Source of the DNA: Clostridiaceae bacterium
GTDB taxonomy: Bacteria > Bacillota > Clostridia > Acetivibrionales > DTU013
DNA: 64,000 nt
Assembly (NCBI GenBank): GCA_012519745.1
Contig: JAAYPO010000044.1
Span: 6,239 to 70,238, forward strand
Reading direction: 5' to 3'
This document shows positions 18,648 through 27,376 of this stretch, in pieces. The notes under the pieces are model-generated. The model was not told the DNA's origin and ran no database searches. It saw only the letters and a program-made list of their open reading frames with translations. Within the stretch, counting starts at the first letter, position 1. Each line of letters begins with the position of its first letter. The position numbers and the translations under genes are program-made.

Positions 18648-19841
18648 ATGAATTACAGAACTATGGGCAAAACAGGGGACAAAGTATCTATACTGGGTTA
18701 CGGTTGCATGAGGTTTCCTCAGATTAACGGAAGGATCGATGTGGTTAGGACGGAAAGGCAGCTACTGTCGGCTGTGGAGCGGGGAGTCAACTATTTTGAC
18801 ACTGCATACATATATCATGGGGGCAGGAGTGAAAGCATCCTCGGAGAAGTATTCTCCAAGGGCGCCAGGAGCAGGGTGAAGATCGCCACAAAGCTGCCTC
18901 TGTATATGGTCCATTCAAGGAAGGATATGGACAATTTGCTGGATGTCCAGATGAAAAGGCTAAAAACGGATCATATCGAATATTATCTGTTGCATGCGGT
19001 AAGCGATCATGCCGGATGGGAAAGACTGAAGCGCCACGGTGTTATCGAGTTCGCGGAGCAGGCAAAAAAGGATGGCAGGATAAGTCGTTTCGGTTTTTCG
19101 TATCACGGTGACAAGGAAGACTTCAAAGCCATCATAGATGATTATGACTGGGATATGTGCCAGATACAGTACAACTATATCGACGAGAACTTTCAGGCCG
19201 GAAGGGAAGGGCTGGAGTATGCGGCGTCAAAAGGTATCGGAGTATCGATAATGGAACCGCTCAGGGGAGGTTCCCTTGTGAGAAAAATGCCGCCTGAAAT
19301 ACAGAAGATATGGGATTCGGCTGCTGTGAGCAGAACGGCTGCGGATTGGGCTTTCAGATGGCTGTGGGATCAGCCTGCAGTGACTACGGTGCTTTCGGGT
19401 ATGAATGAAGAGTCACAGATCGAGGAAAACACCCAGTTGGCTGACATGGTACACACAAACATGCTGACCGCAGAAGAGCTGTCCCTCTATGAGCGTGTGA
19501 GGACTGAATATTACAGGCTCATGAAGGTCGGATGTACCGGCTGTGGCTACTGTATGCCTTGCCCGGCCGGTGTAGATATACCGTTCTGTTTCAGTTACTA
19601 CAATGCAAAGCATCTATTTAAGGCGAAGAATGCCCAGTGGCAATACACCGCATTTGCCGGAGGAATCATGAGCGGAAAGCCTTCGATGGCCTCTCTGTGC
19701 AAGCAATGCGGCAAATGTGAGAAGGCCTGCCCTCAGCATATACCTATAATGGAAAAGCTGAAGGAGGTAGCTGAAGATATGGAGCCTGCCATATTAAAGC
19801 CGGCAATGTGGGTCGCCAGGAAATTTTATTCGTTAAGGTAA
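18648..19841 (+). CDS. Aldo/keto reductase fused to a C-terminal 4Fe-4S cluster-binding domain
   Basis: The AKR N-terminus reads (MGKTGDKVSILGYGCMRF.., ..YFDTAYIYHGG.SE). The C-terminus has CTGCGYCMPCPAGVDIP and CKQCGKCEKACPQHIPI. Confidence 0.85.
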   Translation: MNYRTMGKTGDKVSILGYGCMRFPQINGRIDVVRTERQLLSAVERGVNYFDTAYIYHGGRSESILGEVFSKGARSRVKIATKLPLYMVHSRKDMDNLLDVQMKRLKTDHIEYYLLHAVSDHAGWERLKRHGVIEFAEQAKKDGRISRFGFSYHGDKEDFKAIIDDYDWDMCQIQYNYIDENFQAGREGLEYAASKGIGVSIMEPLRGGSLVRKMPPEIQKIWDSAAVSRTAADWAFRWLWDQPAVTTVLSGMNEESQIEENTQLADMVHTNMLTAEELSLYERVRTEYYRLMKVGCTGCGYCMPCPAGVDIPFCFSYYNAKHLFKAKNAQWQYTAFAGGIMSGKPSMASLCKQCGKCEKACPQHIPIMEKLKEVAEDMEPAILKPAMWVARKFYSLR

Positions 19842-19847
19842 TAAGGA

Positions 19848-19914
19848 GGGGTCAGGCTAGAAGTATTCTCTTTTCTGAGAAAAGGGGATATTTCAAGCCT
19901 GACCCCGTTTTTTT
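19848..19914 (+). terminator. Long-loop terminator hairpin after the AKR gene; the stem sequence is shared with the repeat element at 22.7-23.1 kb
   Basis: GGGGTCAGGCT (19848-19858), 37-nt loop, AGCCTGACCCC (19896-19906), then gTTTTTTT. The T tract overlaps the thuA stop codon. Confidence 0.65.
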
Positions 19915-20527
19915 ACTGTCTGGCGGCCCAGAGTGCGCTTTGGAGTATCAGCTTTCGGTACACAGGATCCATAAAGGAATCAGCGATGTGCCCCGGTGAC
20001 AGGTAGACCACCCTGCCCAGGCCATAGCTATGGGCCCAGGCTGCCGGCCACTGCCTGCCTTCAGACTCGTACTCAAGCAAAACAGTCGTCTCTATCAGGT
20101 TGTCGATGTCAAACTGGTAGGGCTCTTCCTGCATTGAAAAGCTTTCAATACCTTCAAGTATGGCATGCCCTGTGCCCACGGGCTTGTAAGTGAGCACCTT
20201 CTGGTCAGGGTGTGAGCTGAACCTGCCCCCGATAAGGTGAGCGGCTTCATAACGGGCATTCACAGATATACCGTTATGTATCGCCAACAGGCCGCCTCCG
20301 TTGAGAACATATGAGCAAAGCCCCGCGACCTGCTCATCGCTGAGTCTGTCCTCAGTATAGGAAACGCACAGATCAAATGACCTGAGGCTGGTTTCTCTAA
20401 ACCGGTCATAATCCTCGGTAAGCTCTGTTTCAAAAGTCTTCAGTATCTCCTTGAGTTCCTTGTCCGGTCCCTTCAGCGGATGATAAGAGACATTTGTGTA
20501 ATTTCCCAAAATAATAGCTTTCTTCAT
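19913..20527 (-). CDS. ThuA-domain protein (trehalose-utilisation-like, class I glutamine amidotransferase-like fold)
   Basis: The start is moved to ATG 20527 (MKKAIILGNYTNVSYHPL..), with GGAGGTG 7 nt upstream. The sequence contains ..GGGLLAIHNG.. and ..RVVYLSPGH. Confidence 0.7.
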   Translation of the reverse strand: MKKAIILGNYTNVSYHPLKGPDKELKEILKTFETELTEDYDRFRETSLRSFDLCVSYTEDRLSDEQVAGLCSYVLNGGGLLAIHNGISVNARYEAAHLIGGRFSSHPDQKVLTYKPVGTGHAILEGIESFSMQEEPYQFDIDNLIETTVLLEYESEGRQWPAAWAHSYGLGRVVYLSPGHIADSFMDPVYRKLILQSALWAARQ

Positions 20528-20662
20528 TGCTTTACACCTCCGCAGCTTATTTAATGACTTTTTGCAGCAATACATTGAAGCCTTCAGAGTGGATCTTGTT
20601 TCTGTGATGCACTCTTGTTTATTATAACGCAATATCCAAAGAAAAATATGAAAATAAATGTG

Positions 20663-20691
20663 TTGACACATACTGGATTTTATTATAATAT
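20663..20691 (+). promoter_or_regulatory. Putative sigma-A promoter of metY
   Basis: TTGACA (20663-20668) followed by TATAAT at 20684-20689 (15-nt spacer) or TAATAT at 20686-20691 (17-nt spacer). It would give a ~110-nt leader. Confidence 0.45.
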
Positions 20692-20777
20692 ATAAAACAT
20701 ATAAGAATAGTCGGTATTATTTATTGCGCGTAGAAAAACCCGATTATCAGCGGCTAAAGGGTGGAAAGAATAGTTGA

Positions 20778-22097
<1,320 letters not shown>

Positions 22098-22107
22098 CTC
22101 ACAAATT

Positions 22108-22146
22108 AGGACTGTCTCAAAATGAACTTTGAGGCAGTCCTTTTTG
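22108..22146 (+). terminator. Rho-independent terminator of metY (stem GGACTGTCTCAAA, a sequence reused in downstream repeats)
   Basis: aggactgtctcaaa atgaac tttgaggcagtcct followed by TTTT. Confidence 0.8.
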
Positions 22147-22177
22147 CCGGAAGACTCGCCCTCTTGGTGTGTACAAA

Positions 22178-22495
22178 ATATCAACTAAAGTGCAAATAAA
22201 CATATAAATATTAAATATCTCATAACATAATATGGAATATCATTACGTTATTTCGCTAATCTTCTTACAACTACGCTATTATCATGCCTTTACTTGCAAA
22301 TTTCTACGGTTGACGAGCGATCAACGGCCTTTACTTGAAAAAATGTACAGCCCGATACTTATTGCCCGGAGAAATAAAGATTTGAACTACATCGCCATTA
22401 AAATGGCGAGCTTCTGATTCGAGGCGAAGCCTTTGCCGAACGAAAAAAGGACTGCCCAAAATCAGATTTTCACCTTCTTTTGAGACAGCCCCTTA
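22178..22495. repeat. Mosaic intergenic repeat island A
   Basis: The island contains the tcaactaaagtg motif (22181), an ATAAC...GTTAT hairpin module (22222-22251), and two 41-nt tandem units starting cctttacttg(c/a)aaa (22287, 22328). It ends with the terminator-like hairpin ggactgcccaaaatcagat...ttttgagacagcccc (22449-22495). Confidence 0.7.
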
Positions 22496-22509
22496 AATAG
22501 AGGTCCAGG

Positions 22510-22704
22510 TCAACTGCCGGTACTTTTATAGTGCCGAACGCCGAATCTCCAGATGAACAGCGAGAATGTCAGGAAGGCAAGGCCGGCAGGCAGCGCAAGG
22601 AAGCCCTTCCAGTAGCTTTCGCCCCAGCCGCACACCGCTGATGCCGGGTAGTAGCTTATCACGAGCATCGGCATGAAAAAGGTAAACATATTGCGAAGAA
22701 GCAC
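22510..22704 (-). pseudogene. C-terminal fragment (about 64 codons) of an ABC-2 family transporter permease
   Basis: The fragment reads ..FFMPMLVISYYPASAVCGW..FLALPAGLAFLTFSLFIWRFGVRHYKSTGS*, which is only the last ~2 TM segments. The upstream frame is closed by a stop at ~22712. Its own terminator (22449-22495, minus strand) is retained. Confidence 0.6.
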
Positions 22705-22736
22705 GGCTGATGGATCTCAGCCGTTTTTTATTGAGC

Positions 22737-23125
22737 GGGGTCAGGCTTGCATAATTGCATAACTGCGGGGCTGTCTCAAAATCAGATAAAAACTGATTAA
22801 GTCCTCGAATAGTTAACACTCAGTGATCTGTCATGCGAACATGACGGGTTAAAGTGTTCAAAAAATCGAGTAAGTTATGGTGAAATGGGAAATAATTAGT
22901 TTAAATCATGTTATTCTGCGTTATAATGGCATTGACTCAAGCATTATGTCAACTATTTCCTAACTTACTTGCAAAAATGAGCATTTGTCCAGAAAAAAGC
23001 ATAACTTACTTGAAAAAATGAGCAGGCGGCTTGCCGGAATCATAGTTTGAAATTGCCCCTTAATCAGATTATATCTGATTTTGAGACAGTCCCATTTAAT
23101 TATTCAATTACTCAAGCCTGACCCC
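22737..23125. mobile_element. MITE-like non-coding element (repeat island B) with ~75-bp imperfect terminal inverted repeats
   Basis: Left end: GGGGTCAGGCTTG (22737-49), 17 nt, then GGGGCTGTCTCAAAATCAGAT (22767-87). Right end: ATCTGATTTTGAGACAGTCCC (23073-93), 19 nt, then CAAGCCTGACCCC (23113-25). The interior holds two 41-nt units (aacttacttgcaaa at 22962, aacttacttgaaaa at 23003) and has no ORF. Confidence 0.55.
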
Positions 23126-23138
23126 CATTAGTGTAAAG

Positions 23139-23441
23139 TTACTGTAGGGAATTTAAAGGGATAATCTGGAAGAATAATAGAAAAGAGGATGAAATCCTGT
23201 TAATATATAGTTTCCAGACAAATATACAAACAAAGGATGATCATCTTCTATGTACAATAGTATACAGCATTTTAATGAGTTTGGCCTTAAAAAAGTCGAG
23301 AAAGTAATAGAAACTTTCATGACTGAAAAGAAGGATCTGGCTGACTTGATATTCGGCCTGCAGGAGAGCCTGTTTGAGCTGGGGAGAAACATTGTGGCAG
23401 AAGTCCTGGAGATGATTCTTTTCTTCTTTTCCCTACAGTAA
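23139..23441 (+). mobile_element. Internally deleted IS remnant (ISLre2/UPF0236-like transposase N-terminus only) bounded by 11-bp inverted repeats
   Basis: TTACTGTAGGG (23139-49) pairs with CCCTACAGTAA (23431-41). The enclosed ORF 23250-23441 starts MYNSIQHFNEFGLKKVEKVIETFMTEKKDLADLIFGLQESLFELGRNIVAEVLE, which resembles the first ~55 aa of UPF0236/ISLre2 transposases. It then degenerates. Confidence 0.5.
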
Positions 23442-23504
23442 ACTGACGCTATCCCGACCCCCTTTTTATTTGATAAATTGATGGATTGTTGCTAAAATAG
23501 CAAT

Positions 23505-23522
23505 GAGATAATCATTAGTATC
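23505..23522. promoter_or_regulatory. Fur-family-box-like sequence upstream of the Fur-family gene (possible autoregulation)
   Basis: gagATAATCATTAgtatc shares a 10-nt core with the Fur box GATAATGATAATCATTATC. It has 3 mismatches to the 7-1-7 motif TGATAATnATTATCA. Confidence 0.35.
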
Positions 23523-23543
23523 ATTTGTCTAGAGGATAGTGTG

Positions 23544-23978
23544 ATGGATAGCGGAAGCGGGTTCAGGGAGATACTGAGGCATGCAGGGCTGAAATACACG
23601 AAGCAGCGGGCTTCGATACTAAAAGTGCTGACGGAAAGCGAGCAGCCTGTCAGTGCTGAGCAGATTTTTCTGGAGCTTCAGAGAAACGGCACAAATGCCA
23701 ATCTGTCCACAGTCTACAGGATACTGGAATCTCTGGCTGCAAAGGGCATTGTTCTCAAGACCAGCATAGGATCTGATACGAAGGCGCTTTTTGAAATGAA
23801 CAGCTCGGTGCACAAGCACCGGATGATCTGCATCAACTGCAGGGATATGACGTCGGTAGAGGGCTGTCCCCTTGAGGAGTATGAGAAGATGCTCAAGGAC
23901 AGGACGGGCTTTGATGTGACGGGACATAAGCTTGAGATATATGGATACTGTGAAAAATGCAAGAAGCAGAATAAATAA
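23544..23978 (+). CDS. Fur-family metalloregulator (Zur, PerR or Fur; subtype not resolvable by eye)
   Basis: ATG 23544 (GTG 23541 is an alternative). There is a winged-helix N-domain (..KYTKQRASILKVL..PVSAEQIF..NLSTVYRIL), an HKH motif, and CINC...CEKC structural zinc cysteines. Confidence 0.85.
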   Translation: MDSGSGFREILRHAGLKYTKQRASILKVLTESEQPVSAEQIFLELQRNGTNANLSTVYRILESLAAKGIVLKTSIGSDTKALFEMNSSVHKHRMICINCRDMTSVEGCPLEEYEKMLKDRTGFDVTGHKLEIYGYCEKCKKQNK

Positions 23979-24074
23979 GAGGGTCGTTGACCCCACGGAA
24001 AAAATTACCGAAGTTGGATTGATGCCGTGGTCATTTTTGGATATAATAACGAAGTGACGGGGGAGGACTTGAGG

Positions 24075-24842
24075 TTGGGATCAAGTGCGCTGCACAAAAA
24101 TACATACAATATCGGATATAGTGATGTGGATTTTACAAAAAGCCTTAAATGCAGCACTCTGTTCGGATATTTCCAGGACACTGCCGGCGAAGCTGCAGAC
24201 AAGCTGGGTGCCGGTATCGATACGCTGACCGAAAGATACGGCGTTGCCTGGGTCCTTGCTCGGATACGTGTCGAGCTTGACAGGATCCCGATGGTGAATG
24301 AGAGCATCACTGTGGAAACCTGGCCCCATCCGCCGGGAAGGCTGGAGTTTGAAAGGGATTACAGGGTCCGGGATGCAGAGGGCGATATTATCATAAATGC
24401 TGTTTCAAACTGGGTCCTGTTCGACATAAAAACAAGGGAACTGCGAAAAAGTGATTGTATCGAGATGAACTACCCTCCTTTTATCAAGGAGCATGCACTG
24501 GACCGCGGGCCCGGCAGGCTGAGACCGTCCGGGCAGACGCAGGCTGTTTATAAAAAGCTGATCGGCTACAGCGATGTGGACTTTTACGGGCACATAAACA
24601 ACTCCAGATATATCGATTACATAATGGACTGCTTCCCGGTGGAAAGCCACAGAAAGCACAGCCTGAAGTCGATAGAGGTGAATTATATGAGGGAGGCCTT
24701 CCCCGGCGATACACTGGTGCTATACCGGGATGTTCCGGCGGCAGGATCCGACACGGTATACATAGAAGGTGTGAATGAGGCCGACGGCAGGCCGTCATTC
24801 AGGGCAATGATCGAAATAGTGCCCCGGCGGGGACAGGATTAA
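24075..24842 (+). CDS. Acyl-ACP thioesterase
   Basis: The track ORF starts at GTG 24027. TTG 24075 has GGAGG 8 nt upstream, so the start is uncertain. The double hot-dog pattern is present (..YNIGYSDVDF.. and ..IGYSDVDFYGHINNSRYIDY..). Confidence 0.85.
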   Translation: MGSSALHKNTYNIGYSDVDFTKSLKCSTLFGYFQDTAGEAADKLGAGIDTLTERYGVAWVLARIRVELDRIPMVNESITVETWPHPPGRLEFERDYRVRDAEGDIIINAVSNWVLFDIKTRELRKSDCIEMNYPPFIKEHALDRGPGRLRPSGQTQAVYKKLIGYSDVDFYGHINNSRYIDYIMDCFPVESHRKHSLKSIEVNYMREAFPGDTLVLYRDVPAAGSDTVYIEGVNEADGRPSFRAMIEIVPRRGQD

Positions 24843-24937
24843 TGGAAAGCTGCTTGTTGTAATACGTGTGCGGCATAATATATTTTACATGTATTCGCAA
24901 GTCTGATAAATGAAATATATTTTACCAGGAGGTTTTT

Positions 24938-26923
24938 ATGAACAAACAGGAAATACTGACGATCAACACAATACGTCTATTGTCCGCGGAAGCGGTCCAA
25001 AAGGCAAACTCCGGCCATCCCGGCCTTCCCATGGGAGCCGCTCCGATGGCATATACTCTATGGGCAAAAAATATGAAGCACAATCCATCCGACCCGGGAT
25101 GGGATGACCGCGACAGGTTCATTCTATCTGCCGGCCATGGCTCGATGCTGATATATTCACTGCTGCATGTTTTCGGATACGGCCTTGGCATTGACGATCT
25201 GAAGAACTTCAGACAGCTTGACAGTCTGACTCCCGGACATCCGGAATATGGCCACACGAAGGGTGTGGAAATAACCACAGGTCCTCTCGGACAGGGTCTT
25301 GCCAATGGTGTGGGAATGGCCATGGCCGAGGCTTATCTTGCAGAGAAATTCAACCGTCCCGGCTATCCAGTGGTAGATCATTACACATATGTGCTCTCAG
25401 GTGACGGCTGCCTGATGGAGGGCGTGAGCTCCGAGGCTGCTTCACTGGCCGGTACATTGGGCCTTGGAAAGCTGATAGTACTGTATGATTCCAATAATAT
25501 CACCATAGAAGGTTCCACTGACATAGCCTTCCGTGAAGATGTTGCAAAACGCTTCGAGGCATATGGCTGGCAGACCCTGAAGGTGGAAGACGGCACCTGT
25601 GTCGCTGATATCGATGCTGCGATCAAGGCTGCTAAAGCTGAGACTTCAAAGCCCACAATAATAGTTATAAAAACTCAGATCGGTCATGGAAGTCCCAGAC
25701 AGGGTATGGCATCAGCCCATGGTGAGCCCCTTGGAGCAGACAACATCAAGGCCTCCAAGGTGAACCTGGGATGGGAGTATGAGGAAGAGTTCCATGTGCC
25801 TGAAGAGGTCAGGGAACATATGGCACAGGTCACTGAAAACGGCATCAAGCTGCAAAACGAATGGAATGAAATGCTCAAGGCATATAAGAAAGAATATCCC
25901 GAGCTGGCGGCTGAGTGGGAGGATTGGAAGAGCAGGGATTACTCCGCGGAACTTCTTGACAACAGCAGCTTCTGGAGCTTTGACAGCAAAGCCAATGCAA
26001 CAAGAAATTCCTCCGGCGAGGTGCTGAACAGGCTGGCAGAGCTGGTACCGAACCTTATTGGAGGATCTGCAGACCTGGCGCCTTCCAACAAATCCTATAT
26101 GAAGGGCAGAGGAGATTTCTCCAAAGAGGATCACAGCGGGTCGAACCTGCACTTTGGCGTACGTGAGCATGCGATGGCTGCCATCGGCAACGGTATGGCC
26201 GCACACGGCAGGCTGGCGCCTTATGTATCGACCTTCTTCGTGTTCTGTGATTACATGAAGCCCTCTATGAGACTTTCGGCACTAATGAAGCTGCCTGTGA
26301 CGTATGTACTGACCCATGACAGCATCGGTGTCGGAGAGGATGGACCTACCCATCAGCCGGTGGAGCATCTGGCATCCCTGAGGAGCATACCCGGCTTTGT
26401 GGTTTTCCGCCCCTGTGATGCAAAGGAGACTGCTGCAGGCTGGTATGCGGCAATGTCCAGAAAGAACTCGCCGATAGCTCTGATACTGACCAGACAGAAT
26501 CTGCCCCAGTTGGAAATGACAGGCGCAGATGCACTTAAAGGAGCATATGTGATACTTGATTCCGGAAAGAAGCCGGAGATAATACTGATGGCCTCGGGTT
26601 CGGAAGTGCAGCTGGTTTATGAAGCCGGTAAACAACTGATAGAGCAGGGTGTTGCGGCACGTGTCGTCAGCATGCCTTCCTGGGAACTGTTCGAGGAACA
26701 GGATGCGTCATATAAGGAATCCGTATTCCCCTCCGATATGGCAAAGAGGCTTGCAGTGGAAGCGGCATCATCCTTTGGATGGCACAGGTACACAGGACTG
26801 CAGGGAGATATCATCTCCATAGATCATTTCGGAGAATCAGCCCCGGCAGGAGCCCTCTTCAAAAAGTACGGCTTTACCATTGAGAATGTACTTGAAAAAG
26901 CAAAAGGACTGCTTAATAAGTAA
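24938..26923 (+). CDS. tkt: Transketolase
   Basis: 661 aa. It has NTIR.LS.(E/D)[24 protein letters not shown] and the full three-domain length. Confidence 0.95.
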   Translation: MNKQEILTINTIRLLSAEAVQKANSGHPGLPMGAAPMAYTLWAKNMKHNPSDPGWDDRDRFILSAGHGSMLIYSLLHVFGYGLGIDDLKNFRQLDSLTPGHPEYGHTKGVEITTGPLGQGLANGVGMAMAEAYLAEKFNRPGYPVVDHYTYVLSGDGCLMEGVSSEAASLAGTLGLGKLIVLYDSNNITIEGSTDIAFREDVAKRFEAYGWQTLKVEDGTCVADIDAAIKAAKAETSKPTIIVIKTQIGHGSPRQGMASAHGEPLGADNIKASKVNLGWEYEEEFHVPEEVREHMAQVTENGIKLQNEWNEMLKAYKKEYPELAAEWEDWKSRDYSAELLDNSSFWSFDSKANATRNSSGEVLNRLAELVPNLIGGSADLAPSNKSYMKGRGDFSKEDHSGSNLHFGVREHAMAAIGNGMAAHGRLAPYVSTFFVFCDYMKPSMRLSALMKLPVTYVLTHDSIGVGEDGPTHQPVEHLASLRSIPGFVVFRPCDAKETAAGWYAAMSRKNSPIALILTRQNLPQLEMTGADALKGAYVILDSGKKPEIILMASGSEVQLVYEAGKQLIEQGVAARVVSMPSWELFEEQDASYKESVFPSDMAKRLAVEAASSFGWHRYTGLQGDIISIDHFGESAPAGALFKKYGFTIENVLEKAKGLLNK

Positions 26924-27072
26924 GACAAATATGTGGCAGATTCTCCGGAATCTGTCACATCCGAGGTATCAGGCCTGAGCTGAGGAAAATCGAGCTTGAT
27001 TGGTAAATAGCTCTTGATTGGCAAAATGCGGGTGTAAGATTTGGATACACCGAAGCACAGACTGTACCGAAA

Positions 27073-27328
27073 TTCAACTAAAGTGTGTGCATACACCACG
27101 AGGGGTGAACATAACACTGATTATTACGCTGTTATGTCTACCGTATAGTGACAGATAACAATGAAATTCACATGACATACACACTTTACTTGCAATTCTG
27201 TACATCCGGATTACATGGTGTACAAAATCGCAAGTAAAGTGTGTTTTTATAACCATATAAGCTAACATAATACAGATAATTGCTGTGTTATGTGAATCAG
27301 ATAAGCGCCAGAGCACACTTTAGTTGAA
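27073..27328. repeat. Mosaic intergenic repeat island C with nested inverted repeats
   Basis: Outer IR: TTCAACTAAAGTGTG (27073-87) pairs with CACACTTTAGTTGAA (27314-28). Inner perfect 15-bp IR: acacactttacttgc (27179-93) pairs with gcaagtaaagtgtgt (27230-44). There are two ACATAA...TTATGT hairpins (27109-37 and 27265-93). Confidence 0.75.
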
Positions 27329-27376
27329 AAACTGAACATATATTTACTTAGAACATATATCAAAACAGGAGTGTGA

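Noticed and set aside
22232-22417. A 61-aa ORF inside repeat island A.
   Set aside because: It has no RBS. It spans the two 41-nt repeat units, and its sequence (..FLQLRYYHAFTCKFLRLTS..) looks like translated repeat DNA.
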